From IMG/VR virus record IMGVR_UViG_3300028797_000093: DNA of 64,000 bases; one strand, 5' to 3'. The position numbers and the translations under genes were made by a program. Positions 30,880-41,046 of this stretch are shown here, in pieces (the first letter of the stretch is position 1; every line of letters begins with the position of its first letter). The notes below the pieces were generated by a model that did no database searches, was not told where the DNA came from, and was given only the letters and a program-made list of their open reading frames with translations. This stretch comes from a virus (lineage: Duplodnaviria; Caudoviricetes).

Positions 30880-32637
30880 TTACTTGGTGAGACCGGCATT
30901 GTGAGGAACAGTTACCTGCACCTCACCAGAAGGACTCTTGACGGTGGCGACGTTCTTCCCATCACCACCATAACAGATCCCGATCAGGGGATCCTTGCGA
31001 TAGCTCCCCAGGATGTTGTCCTTGACATCATCATTGGTCATGATCAGCACACCATTGGTATACTCAATCACCCTGAACCGAGGATCAGGGATGATATCGC
31101 TGATGGCAGCCTGAAGCTCCCTGCAGTTGTACAGGTCGCTGATGATGCCATTGAGGGTCTGCCTGGACTCCTTGTTGGGCTGCTCAGGAATGGTGGAGAG
31201 ATCCACGAAGTTCTTGTTGATATCTCTCCACTGGCGATTGTACATGGCCTTCTGGTTGAAGAGCCATTTCCGCCCGTTTTTGAAGAACTTGGTCAGGAGC
31301 TCGTCGGTGTAGACGAGATTCTTCCCGACATTCTTCTGGAGCTCAAACCATTCTTTATATTCAAGGCCGGCAGATGCTCCAATGGAGAATTTAGCTCTTT
31401 TATCGAAGACTTTTCCAAGGTCAACGATGAATTTGAGATCGGTGAGTTCCTGATCTCCGTTGAAGAGATGGAACTCATAAATGCCAACAGGAGCCATAGC
31501 TTCGTCTCTCAGCTCCCTAAAGTCGCAGGTGAAACCGGAGTCTTTGATTGTGCCCAGCACGTCCCAAAGCAGGGTATTCCCCGCTTCCTCAGAGATCTCC
31601 GGATGCCCACCCTTGACGATAGAAAGAAGAGGATTCTCAGCAGGAGTTTCCTCAGTTTCCACCATGGGAGTGATCTTGACCTTCACAGGCTCTTCTCTGA
31701 TCAGAGAAGGATCAACACCAGGCAGATCACCTTCGACCTTCATCCCAGTGTCAACGATCTCTTTCTTCTCCCTCTCCTTCACGACGAACCCAGCAGGATG
31801 AGGGGGAGGAACCTGCTGAGTTTCAGTAGGGTTTACCTGCTGAATCCCCTCCACAGAGGCAAGGGGAATCAGAACAGGAGCACCCTGCTGATTCAGAGCG
31901 ACCTCATACAGAATGCCGTTCATGTTGACGATATTCCTCTGAGGGGCAGTCTGCTGAGGCTGGGGAGGAGCAGTGAACACCATCGGCTGCTGATCAGCCA
32001 TGGGCTGGGATTCCATGGAAATCCCACGCAGGAACTGCTCCATTGGATTGTACCCAAACGGATTCTGTTGAACAGGAATCGTCTGGGCAGCCGGATGAGC
32101 CACATCAGGAGCTTCTTCCTGAGAAGCCGGAGCTTCATTGCTGGCAGGAGCCTCAGGTTCCTGAGAAACTTCAGGAGCTTCTTCAGCTTTCTTGGCTTCT
32201 TCCTGGGAGACCTTGATAGGATCGTCCTTCATGATGATCGCCATCTGAAAGAAATCCACATCATAGGAATTCCGCCGCCGATCAGCAGGAAGCTTGAATT
32301 GGGTCTTGATGAAGAGTTCCTTGAGGAATTCGAAATCTTTCTTTTCAGGATGATCCTTCAGGAACTGGGCGACCTCCACAGCCCGCTCCTCAGATTCAGC
32401 GAGTCCGTTTTCAAGGATGAAAGCAGGGGTGCAGGTGCCCCATTTGCTCTCATCTGTGAAACCTTCGTCAGTTTCACTGGGAGCCTCAGGCTTTTCATCT
32501 TCCTTCTTGTAGATGATGGATTCCACCTCGGCCTTCACACGGTCGCCGATGGCCTTCACCCAGTTCTCCATGGCTTCTCCCATGGCCTCGTATGCCTTGG
32601 TGAGCTCAGTCTTTTCCTTCTCAGTCTTCTTTGCCAT
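30880..32637 (-). CDS. Hypothetical protein with a Q/P/E-rich low-complexity middle and atypically GC-rich codons
   Basis: 585 aa, AAGGAGGA RBS, terminator at ~30833-30867. Confidence 0.8.
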   Translation of the reverse strand: MAKKTEKEKTELTKAYEAMGEAMENWVKAIGDRVKAEVESIIYKKEDEKPEAPSETDEGFTDESKWGTCTPAFILENGLAESEERAVEVAQFLKDHPEKKDFEFLKELFIKTQFKLPADRRRNSYDVDFFQMAIIMKDDPIKVSQEEAKKAEEAPEVSQEPEAPASNEAPASQEEAPDVAHPAAQTIPVQQNPFGYNPMEQFLRGISMESQPMADQQPMVFTAPPQPQQTAPQRNIVNMNGILYEVALNQQGAPVLIPLASVEGIQQVNPTETQQVPPPHPAGFVVKEREKKEIVDTGMKVEGDLPGVDPSLIREEPVKVKITPMVETEETPAENPLLSIVKGGHPEISEEAGNTLLWDVLGTIKDSGFTCDFRELRDEAMAPVGIYEFHLFNGDQELTDLKFIVDLGKVFDKRAKFSIGASAGLEYKEWFELQKNVGKNLVYTDELLTKFFKNGRKWLFNQKAMYNRQWRDINKNFVDLSTIPEQPNKESRQTLNGIISDLYNCRELQAAISDIIPDPRFRVIEYTNGVLIMTNDDVKDNILGSYRKDPLIGICYGGDGKNVATVKSPSGEVQVTVPHNAGLTK

Positions 32638-32832
32638 TGTAGTTTCCTCCTTCTTTAGAGTCTGGATTTATTGGTATCCAGATGACCAAAATTATAGACT
32701 CGGATATGAGTCTCATTTCATTACGCTACGTTAATAAGCCCATATCTTTTATCCAATAATATAATATATAATTAAAATTATAAATTATTACAAAAAAAGA
32801 TAGAGGTAAATTAATACCTCTATCTATTATTT

Positions 32833-34374
32833 TTATATTAATGGAAATTCATATTTAGGATCACAATATCCAAGAGGATGTATCAATTCATTTTGTTGTG
32901 TAACTTCTCTTCTAAATGTAGAATCTAGATCTGAATCTGTTACATTTACTTCAGAGAACTTAGTTGCATATTTCATAAATATAGGTTTCTTTGCATTATA
33001 GTAAGTTCTATAATAAGAGAAACCATAATCTATTACATCTTTATAAACAGTACCAGACTTTCTAGTTCTACCAAATGTCTGCTGAGCAGTTATTTTGGAT
33101 TTAAATGGCTCAGCTAGATTAACAGTCTCTACAAGATCTTCTATGTCTACAGCAGCTCCAGCTGATTTGGTAGTACTTAGAATGATCTTCTTATTAAGCT
33201 GCTCATTCTTATTCTCTTTATCTATTACAGATGTAAAGACTCCTACATCCCCTATTAAATCGGGGAAATTGGCTTCGATCCAGTCTTTTACTCTCTGTAT
33301 TGATTCATTGAGTCCTATATAGAAGAGATGTTTACCTCTCTTTCTCATAGCTTGGCATATGAGTACATATAGTAATTTATAGAAATTAGTTTTATTTAAT
33401 ACATAAGCAGCATATTTGTTTCTATCAAATCCAAACTTATTTTTACAGTCTTTTATTTCTATAGCTGTAGGATGACTGTTATATTTAATAGCTATATATT
33501 CAGTATGAGGATCTTTCTCTTCATCAAAAAGATCTATAGCAGGTACATTTCTAAAATAATTACCATATATGACATCTTCCATCCTATCTGATCTACCAGG
33601 TGTAGCAGTTACATAGAATGTCTTATATGTATTTGTATGGTAATCTATTCTATACATATTATCAAAGTTAAGATGAGCTTCATCAAAAAACTTCAATCCT
33701 ACTTTGATAGCTCTAAATAACTCATGAATCTTATCCCATCCATTATTAGCTCCATATTGCTGTAGAGTAGCATGAGTAACAAGATATACTTTATGTTTAG
33801 GATTAGGATGTCTGGTATTCATAGCAACTGAAGATGAGCCACTAATGAACATTATCTCATCTTCTTGTATATCAGTATAGTCTAATATAAATCTCTTCCA
33901 CTGTTTAAGCCACTCTATAGAATTAGTGATTATAATAGACTTTAAATTCATTACAACCATTGTAGCTATAGAGCAATAAGTCTTACCTTTACCGGTAGGA
34001 AGGTTTACAGATAACATTGTTCTCTGTTCAGTGAATTTATACTCATCAACTCCTAGCATAAATCTAAGAGCTGTCTGTTGTGCTGTATCTCTTGGAAGAT
34101 ATTTTATATCAGTTGGTCCTATTTCTTCATAAGGATCACATGATGTATCATATACTGCATCACACTTAAATATATCTTCCAACCAATGTATATCAATACC
34201 TCTTGGAAGTTTTAGTGTTCTAGTATCTTCATCATATATCATAGCTTTAGGAAAAGCTTTATGCCTAATAGGGTCCCATATAGAGAAAGTCTTTTCTATA
34301 ATATAAGAGTCTTTCATATCATAGTTATTGATCTCTATACGAGTTCTATATACTACAATTTTGTTTTCTCCCAT
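32833..34374 (-). CDS. SF2 (DEAH, UvsW-like) helicase
   Basis: PTGKGKT, FFDEAH, TATP, QTFGRTR. Confidence 0.85.
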   Translation of the reverse strand: MGENKIVVYRTRIEINNYDMKDSYIIEKTFSIWDPIRHKAFPKAMIYDEDTRTLKLPRGIDIHWLEDIFKCDAVYDTSCDPYEEIGPTDIKYLPRDTAQQTALRFMLGVDEYKFTEQRTMLSVNLPTGKGKTYCSIATMVVMNLKSIIITNSIEWLKQWKRFILDYTDIQEDEIMFISGSSSVAMNTRHPNPKHKVYLVTHATLQQYGANNGWDKIHELFRAIKVGLKFFDEAHLNFDNMYRIDYHTNTYKTFYVTATPGRSDRMEDVIYGNYFRNVPAIDLFDEEKDPHTEYIAIKYNSHPTAIEIKDCKNKFGFDRNKYAAYVLNKTNFYKLLYVLICQAMRKRGKHLFYIGLNESIQRVKDWIEANFPDLIGDVGVFTSVIDKENKNEQLNKKIILSTTKSAGAAVDIEDLVETVNLAEPFKSKITAQQTFGRTRKSGTVYKDVIDYGFSYYRTYYNAKKPIFMKYATKFSEVNVTDSDLDSTFRREVTQQNELIHPLGYCDPKYEFPLI

Positions 34375-34429
34375 ATACTCTAGACCTCATTCATTCTAAT
34401 TCTATTATTTTATAGTGGATTACGTGTTA

Positions 34430-34689
34430 AAACTAAAACATAGGGGTAGAAGCTTATTAGCCTCTACCCCTTATCTCTTAAAAATAGAGTAATATAAGCT
34501 TTATAAACTCTCTGGTTAGAAAATTTAACACTATCAACTCTCTTATTGTAAATGAAAACTGTTAGTTGATGCAACATAGTGCAAATTTTTGTTGTCTTCA
34601 TTATAAAGAAAGTATGAAAAGTGCTGATTCTTATTCTTTAATAGAGAGGTTACTATACACTTATAAAACTCCATCATTATAAATATGTT
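34430..34689 (-). ncRNA. Candidate ORF-less transcript
   Basis: AACA-N6-TA at 34678-34689; terminator AGGGGTAGA..TCTACCCCT at ~34441-34472. Confidence 0.3.
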
Positions 34690-34699
34690 TAATGTATTT

Positions 34700-34863
34700 A
34701 AAAATAAAATTAATAGCTGGATACTCTGCTAGGTATCCAGCTATTAATTGGAGGTTTGTTCTTCTGAAAGGGGGACGGAATGCCGAAATGAAATTAATGA
34801 AGTAAAACTGTGTGGATAAGAGAATAAGATTGGCCGAAAATCTTCTTCTCTTATTAAAGTGTT
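34700..34863 (-). ncRNA. Candidate small RNA
   Basis: AACA-N6-TA at 34852-34863; CCCCCTTTC and AACCTCC anti-SD motifs; terminator AATTAATAGCTGGATAC..GTATCCAGCTATTAATT. Confidence 0.4.
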
Positions 34864-34872
34864 ATGTAATTT

Positions 34873-35172
34873 TTATTTTATACCTTTAGACTTTTTTATT
34901 TCATTGATAACTCTCTCCATACGACCATCATCTTTTAGATACTTATCATATAGAGTGTTATCAATTTCAACAGCATCAGGTTCCATAGAAAAATACATAA
35001 CTCTTCCATATAAAAGATCAAAAGTAGATTTATTCTCTAGCAAAGCTTCTGCTTCTTTATAAGTCATATTATGCTGTGGGTTATATTGATATTGTCCTAT
35101 ACCTACAGCTCTACTTTTATTATAAAGAGCAGCTAATACTCTAGGTTTAGGTAGCCCTTCTATATTGACCAT
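34873..35172 (-). CDS. Hypothetical protein
   Basis: 99-aa ORF in the operon. Confidence 0.65.
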   Translation of the reverse strand: MVNIEGLPKPRVLAALYNKSRAVGIGQYQYNPQHNMTYKEAEALLENKSTFDLLYGRVMYFSMEPDAVEIDNTLYDKYLKDDGRMERVINEIKKSKGIK

Positions 35173-35444
35173 TATTCTTTCTCCATTGTAAGTTCATTAG
35201 GTCTGATTACAATTTGAGAATAATTGAGAGTTGACTCTAATCTTTCAAGCTCTTTCTCTAGTTCTTTTAGGAGTACTCCTACTTGCTCATGAGTAATTGA
35301 TATTGTGATAGGAAGAATTCCTTCTCTATCAGTTTCAGTTAATGTATACGACTGAGTATACGTCTTTCCTCTTTCTAAGAAAATTCTTAGAGATTTAATT
35401 CTACCATAAGTATCAGCAATATTCTTAGCATCCATTAGTGTCAT
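35172..35444 (-). CDS. Small hypothetical protein (helical family)
   Basis: Similar architecture to the three following ORFs. Confidence 0.6.
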   Translation of the reverse strand: MTLMDAKNIADTYGRIKSLRIFLERGKTYTQSYTLTETDREGILPITISITHEQVGVLLKELEKELERLESTLNYSQIVIRPNELTMEKE

Positions 35445-35465
35445 TAAGATACATCCTCTCTTATT

Positions 35466-35795
35466 TTATATATTATTCCCAGAAAAATCTACAGCATGAT
35501 AATCATTTTCATCATTCATTGACTTTATTTGATCTTCAAGTCTTTTCTTCTCTTTCTGTAATGCATTAAGAATAGTTACATGAAGATTACTTTTTCTATT
35601 AATAAGTATAAAACTATTGTAATCATAAATTAATTTAGGACTTAAAGGACATACAATGTTCTCTTTAGGACATTCGATTTCAGTAGTGCCTATCATTATT
35701 CCTCTACTATCTTTTTCAATTCTTTCAATGGTAGTATTTATTTCATTAATATCACTGATTATATTAGATATTTCAATTGCTCTTTCTATAGTCAT
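35466..35795 (-). CDS. Small hypothetical protein (helical family)
   Basis: 109-aa ORF. Confidence 0.6.
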   Translation of the reverse strand: MTIERAIEISNIISDINEINTTIERIEKDSRGIMIGTTEIECPKENIVCPLSPKLIYDYNSFILINRKSNLHVTILNALQKEKKRLEDQIKSMNDENDYHAVDFSGNNI

Positions 35796-35797
35796 AT

Positions 35798-36088
35798 TTA
35801 TAACCTATTTACACTATATGCTAATTCATTGAGAAGTTCTTCTTTTCTATCTATAATAACTCTCATTATATCATCAACAGTTTTTTGATCTATAGCAGTT
35901 GATATACAATAACCAGAATCTTGGCCTTCAGCATCTATTCTTAGTTTAAATTCGTTAATACCTTTATTTCTATTAGATTGCTGTTGCCATACAATAAACT
36001 CACCAATAAAATTCTGTAATGTATGTATTTTATTAATCAAAGCAGATTCTTTAAGCTGCTTCTCATTCAATTTAATTTCGCTCATCAA
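35798..36088 (-). CDS. Small hypothetical protein (helical family)
   Basis: LINKIHTLQNFI...IDQKTVDDIM resembles the next ORF. Confidence 0.6.
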   Translation of the reverse strand: MMSEIKLNEKQLKESALINKIHTLQNFIGEFIVWQQQSNRNKGINEFKLRIDAEGQDSGYCISTAIDQKTVDDIMRVIIDRKEELLNELAYSVNRL

Positions 36089-36110
36089 TATAGTCCTCTC
36101 TCTTTTTAAT

Positions 36111-36368
36111 TTATAGAGCAGCTAGCTCTCTATTAAGAGCTTCTAGTTTTTTATTTAATATAACTATAATCTCATTAATATCATTTTCATCAATAGGATA
36201 TTTCCACTCTTCTCTAGTCCCATTATATGAAGAATAAGCAGATGAAGATAGAGTAGTTCCAATACAGATAGATGCTGATGAAGCTTTTTCTAAAGTCTGA
36301 ATAAAATTCTCCAATTTTTCAATTCTGCATAGAAGATTATATCCATCAATTACACTTTCTTTTTTCAT
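36111..36368 (-). CDS. Small hypothetical protein (helical family)
   Basis: LLCRIEKLENFI...IDENDINEII. Confidence 0.6.
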   Translation of the reverse strand: MKKESVIDGYNLLCRIEKLENFIQTLEKASSASICIGTTLSSSAYSSYNGTREEWKYPIDENDINEIIVILNKKLEALNRELAAL

Positions 36369-36386
36369 TTATACACTTCCCCCTTC

Positions 36387-39116
36387 TTATTGATTATTGT
36401 AATTCCATATAATATTTCCCTTAGTATAATCTGAACTTAGATTAGTGCTCTTAAGCACTATAACATCAGATGTATCTAATTGTAACTCACTATTATGAGA
36501 GATCATAATACACTGCTCTGTATGCATTATATTCATAATCTCATTTAGTACATCTATAAACATAAGTCTATTATTTTCATCTAGAGGAGCATCTATCTCA
36601 TCTAGCTTAATAATATTATACTTAGTACTACTATGATAGAGTAATGAGAAACTCAATATCATAGATATCATAGATACCTGTGCACTACTCATAGATGAAA
36701 TGTCATCTATGGTATAATTGTCTGTAAGACAAGGAATCCTGAACTCTGATTCGTTAATGATAAATTGTTGTATCATGAATCTGCCATTGAAGAGTAATGA
36801 TAACAACTCATTGGCTAGACTAATAATCTTACTCATATACATCTCCATAAATACTAATTGAATACCAGTAGTAGGAGATGCATAGTATTTAATAGTCTCA
36901 ATGTAATTATAATTCTCAGAGAGTTGATTGTACTCATCTTGATATTCTTTATATAGCTTAAGAGAATAAGATATCTGATCTAATTCTCTATTGATATTAT
37001 TCATCTCAGTCTCACATGATGCAATCATATCTCTTAGATTAGCAATTCCTATCATGCTTGATTCTACAGATTTTAATTTAGAACTAATTTCATCTATAAT
37101 AGTTTTAGATGCAGCCATTTGTAATTTAATAGTTTCTCTATCTGCTATAAGAGTAGATAGTCTACTCAAAACATCAATCTTATCATTAAGATCCATAATG
37201 ATAAGATTATTAGAAGATATTTTCATATTCTTCTCTTTAATATTCTCATCTATAGAAGCTATAGAATTTGTATATTCTTCTATTTCTTTATTAATAGCAT
37301 CTACTATAGTAGATCTAGTCAATGCTATATTTAGCTTATTGGTTAAATCCATTACTAGTATCTGATATTGTTTATATATGTCTATATTATTGGCATAATC
37401 TATATATTTATATATAGACATAATATCCATATAAACTTCATTGTTATTTAGATATCTTAAAAATAGTTCTTTAGGATTACTGCATATAATACCGTTAGGA
37501 AGCTTTAATAGTACAGCTTGATGTATCTTAATATCTCTTATAATATTAGAGATAGCATTAACAACAGATCTAAGATCTAGTTGATATTGATAAACTCTTT
37601 CTATTTCTTTCTGTTCTTTCTGTAGAGCTTCATACTCTAAATTCATATCAGTGAGCTGATCAGATACTTTATTATTCTTATATGATAGAGCTTCTGATAT
37701 AAATGGACAATCATCAACTTTACATCCCTTAGGTCTCATATTAAGAACATTAAGAATCTTTACTTTTTCATTTAATTCTATAATAGATCTCTCTATACTT
37801 CTTATTTGAGAATCTACAGATTCTTTTTGATTCTTTATAGTATTAATATCTATAGAATAATCCCTATCACCTGTAGAGATTGCTATAGCTTCAGTAAATA
37901 TATCTATAGTAGTTGTAGATTTTACTACTTCAATACTATCTTGTATATTCTTTATTGTATTCAGAGCTAGTACATACTCATCCCTGGAAATATTGGATAT
38001 ATCATCTATTCCTATAGAATGGAAAGCATCAATGATATCTTGCATCTTTTGCTTATAATCATTGATTCTTTCCTCTAGAGATTTAAGATCTTCTGCTTCA
38101 GCAGCTGTCTGTTGTAAGAATAGTTTCTTCTCAACTATCTTCTTAGATATTTCTTCTCTCTTAGTTCTTAGAGAAGTTATTTCTCCATTATATAATTCAT
38201 TCTCTACTTTTACTTTATTTAAAGAAGTCTTAGCAGCTTCTAGAGCTTCTTGTACATCTGTATTGTCTCTATCTATATTTCCCTTACTAAATAGATAATC
38301 TATAGATTTATATAGAGTCTTACTCTTTTCATATAACTCATTATATTCTTGAGTCTTTTCAGAAAGAGTATTCTGTAGAGTACCATCTTTATCTACAGAA
38401 TCTACCTGAAATTTAAATTCTCCCATTTTTTGCATATATTGGTCTTTTTGGGCACTTAGCTGTGTACTTCTACTGCTTAGGGCTGAAAAGTTCGATTTTA
38501 GAATATTTTCATCCCCAAGTTGACCTAATTTAGACGCTACAGAATTGACCATTGACTTATAAACAGAAGAGTGCTTATTAAGAGTCTTGTACATATTGTT
38601 ATATACTTCAAGACTTGAGATAATAGAGTTTACAAATCTCTTTCTCTCTGCAGGTCTTTTCATTGCAAGTCCTTTATCATCCATAGAGAGTTGTGATAAT
38701 GCTATAAAGTTAGCATCTAGTTTCAACTCTTCAAATAGAATATCTTTATATGAATTTACATTACCATTCTCATTTAGTTCTACTATTCTTCCATCTGGAA
38801 ATTGTTTCTTGAAATAAACCTTGGTAGTATCTCTATCACCATTATTCTTTACATTATGAACACAGGTGATGATATATATTGTATTTCCATCTTGTAGATA
38901 GATCTCTTTCATAGCTGGTTTACCAGGAATAAAACTATCATTAGAATCTGGTATTACTGACAAAGCATTAAATATAGTAGACTTACCAGATCCATTCTCA
39001 CCTCTTATAATACAAGTCTTGAATCTTTGCTTTCTAAAATCTATAAAGATATCAGGAGTCCCGATACCATTAACTAGTCTTATATATCCTTTCAATTGAA
39101 GAGATAAATATTTCAT
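36387..39116 (-). CDS. Rad50/SbcC-like SMC ATPase
   Basis: Walker A GENGSGKS, long coiled coils, central CKVDDCP hook-like motif, signature MSSAQ, Walker B LDEID, SHN. Confidence 0.88.
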   Translation of the reverse strand: MKYLSLQLKGYIRLVNGIGTPDIFIDFRKQRFKTCIIRGENGSGKSTIFNALSVIPDSNDSFIPGKPAMKEIYLQDGNTIYIITCVHNVKNNGDRDTTKVYFKKQFPDGRIVELNENGNVNSYKDILFEELKLDANFIALSQLSMDDKGLAMKRPAERKRFVNSIISSLEVYNNMYKTLNKHSSVYKSMVNSVASKLGQLGDENILKSNFSALSSRSTQLSAQKDQYMQKMGEFKFQVDSVDKDGTLQNTLSEKTQEYNELYEKSKTLYKSIDYLFSKGNIDRDNTDVQEALEAAKTSLNKVKVENELYNGEITSLRTKREEISKKIVEKKLFLQQTAAEAEDLKSLEERINDYKQKMQDIIDAFHSIGIDDISNISRDEYVLALNTIKNIQDSIEVVKSTTTIDIFTEAIAISTGDRDYSIDINTIKNQKESVDSQIRSIERSIIELNEKVKILNVLNMRPKGCKVDDCPFISEALSYKNNKVSDQLTDMNLEYEALQKEQKEIERVYQYQLDLRSVVNAISNIIRDIKIHQAVLLKLPNGIICSNPKELFLRYLNNNEVYMDIMSIYKYIDYANNIDIYKQYQILVMDLTNKLNIALTRSTIVDAINKEIEEYTNSIASIDENIKEKNMKISSNNLIIMDLNDKIDVLSRLSTLIADRETIKLQMAASKTIIDEISSKLKSVESSMIGIANLRDMIASCETEMNNINRELDQISYSLKLYKEYQDEYNQLSENYNYIETIKYYASPTTGIQLVFMEMYMSKIISLANELLSLLFNGRFMIQQFIINESEFRIPCLTDNYTIDDISSMSSAQVSMISMILSFSLLYHSSTKYNIIKLDEIDAPLDENNRLMFIDVLNEIMNIMHTEQCIMISHNSELQLDTSDVIVLKSTNLSSDYTKGNIIWNYNNQ

Positions 39117-39270
39117 TTATATTTAATCCTTTCAACTTTATTTAATTTAAAGTTCTGAGGTTAATCATTACCTAAAATAATAGTATACAATCATAAAAAA
39201 TAAACACAGGTTTGACTTTAAAAAAAATAATCCCTCTAGTGAAATTAATCACTAGAGGGTATTTTATGTT

Positions 39271-39708
39271 TCATAGTCTGAAACCAATATGCATTTTAAG
39301 AGGTTTTGGATCAAATATAGCTTCATCATCATCTTCTGAATCAGCTTCTATTTCTCTAGGAGCTCCTGTACTAGAATCATCATTACTCTCTTCTTTTGTT
39401 TCTTTTTCTTTGTTAGTCATTTGATTAAGAGATTCTGAAATCCAATCTATACATACGCTATATTTCTTTACACACACATTATATCCTAGTTTCTTATATT
39501 CCAAAAAGATAATTGTTAATAGACTCTCTTTATATTTAAAGAGTTTTAATCCTAATATAGAAAATAGATTAATAGTGCATTCTATTCTTCCCTTATCCAT
39601 AGCTTCAAATACTTTAAGATCTATTTGAGGGAGATATTTCTCTTTTAAGAATCTATATGTACTAGAATCTACCACTGATCTTTCATAAGCAGTTTTGGTA
39701 TCAACCAT
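39271..39708 (-). CDS. Hypothetical protein
   Basis: GAGGTG RBS, 145 aa. Confidence 0.65.
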   Translation of the reverse strand: MVDTKTAYERSVVDSSTYRFLKEKYLPQIDLKVFEAMDKGRIECTINLFSILGLKLFKYKESLLTIIFLEYKKLGYNVCVKKYSVCIDWISESLNQMTNKEKETKEESNDDSSTGAPREIEADSEDDDEAIFDPKPLKMHIGFRL

Positions 39709-39846
39709 GATATATCACCTCTTATAGATATATAAGTTTTATTATATCTATAATATACAATTATTGTAAAAAATAAAACTACAACAGGTGAGTACGCTCA
39801 ACCTACGTGTGCTGCAGACACATCGTAGTATACGTACTCACCTGGG

Positions 39847-39897
39847 CTACTTTTCGGGGCGGGTTGAATAGCCGAACCCATTTCGTGGGCGGATCAT
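39847..39897 (-). CDS. Candidate 16-aa micropeptide (MIRPRNGFGYSTRPEK) in a structured transcript
   Basis: GGAGGT RBS upstream; flanked by a 5' structured leader and a long 3' hairpin (39785-39844). Confidence 0.35.
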   Translation of the reverse strand: MIRPRNGFGYSTRPEK

Positions 39898-40047
39898 CGT
39901 CGTTTACCTCCAGATTACAAACTAATGCTTATATTACGCAACATGCGGGGTTTTATTATCCTGGTCAGTGCACTTGATCAGGATATGTTAAACCCAAAAA
40001 TACAAGTTCATTGTATTGTAATCATTATTATTATATATAATTGAAAT

Positions 40048-40401
40048 TTATAACTTTGACAAATTTATCTGTTTTTCTCTAAAGAACTCTCTTCCATCAT
40101 CTTTATATCCAGAGTAGAATATTTTGGTTAGAAAGAAATCTTTATTAATAGGTTTAGGAAAATGATCTTCAGTAAACATAATATCATACTTCTGACCACA
40201 TGATTTACATTCCATATTAAATATTGTTCTACCTTTAGGAATCTGAGATGACCAATCTTTACCTGCTAGTTTAGCACTTACTAGTCTACTATATCCCAAA
40301 GGATTATTAAAGTAATCATAACACTCTATAGCTTGACTATTACATTTAAGACAATAATCATATCTATAATGCAGTAATGGGTTAATCAATTCATCTGCCA
40401 T
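40048..40401 (-). CDS. Zinc-binding hypothetical protein
   Basis: CLKC and CKSC pairs. Confidence 0.65.
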   Translation of the reverse strand: MADELINPLLHYRYDYCLKCNSQAIECYDYFNNPLGYSRLVSAKLAGKDWSSQIPKGRTIFNMECKSCGQKYDIMFTEDHFPKPINKDFFLTKIFYSGYKDDGREFFREKQINLSKL

Positions 40402-40408
40402 ATATTTG

Positions 40409-40747
40409 TTATCCTCTTAACCATTGTATTAATTCTTTACTCTTAAATTCTTCAGAACCTGGAGTTAGGTTTCTGTAGTAATTTATTCCTTTATTACAAA
40501 GATCAACACCAGAAATAAATAAGTATTGCCCTTTATCACAGATCATAATATAATAATTCTCTTTTTTAGGAGTTATCTTAGACTCTCTATAGAAGATTTG
40601 TATACCTGATCTTTCAGTGTATTTTGTTTTTATTGTACAATAATATCGTTTAGTAGATCCTATAGAAACTTCTTTGAATATAACTGAAGCATCATTAAGA
40701 TTACAGACAGCTCTAATACCATCTCTGTCAACAGGAAGTAACCTCAT
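40409..40747 (-). CDS. Hypothetical protein
   Basis: GGAGGTG RBS. Confidence 0.65.
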   Translation of the reverse strand: MRLLPVDRDGIRAVCNLNDASVIFKEVSIGSTKRYYCTIKTKYTERSGIQIFYRESKITPKKENYYIMICDKGQYLFISGVDLCNKGINYYRNLTPGSEEFKSKELIQWLRG

Positions 40748-40836
40748 ACAAAATACACCTCCATCTTATTATAATATTAATATTTAGTTAAAAAAGAACA
40801 GGGGGTGTAGTTGTCTACACCCCCAACTGGTCGACT

Positions 40837-41019
40837 TCAGTATTCCACACGATACCTGAAGTCGCCGAACTTCACGCTGCCGTAGATCCTGGCCTCAGGA
40901 TGCTCAGCCTTGATCTCCTTCAGGTAATCCTCTGTTTCTTTGGCGTTATCATAGAAGCAGACAGCTTCATGATCTTTCACCAGAACATTGTGGTTGTTGG
41001 TAAACGGATTTTCGTACAT
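40837..41019 (-). CDS. Small hypothetical protein (GC-richer codons)
   Basis: AAGGGGG RBS; downstream of the tRNA. Confidence 0.6.
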   Translation of the reverse strand: MYENPFTNNHNVLVKDHEAVCFYDNAKETEDYLKEIKAEHPEARIYGSVKFGDFRYRVEY

Positions 41020-41046
41020 TTGTTTTTATCCCCCTTCAAAATAATG

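Noticed and set aside
30868-32658. 596-aa plus-strand ORF
   Set aside because: Antisense shadow of the GC-rich gene 30880-32637, which has the RBS, promoter and terminator.
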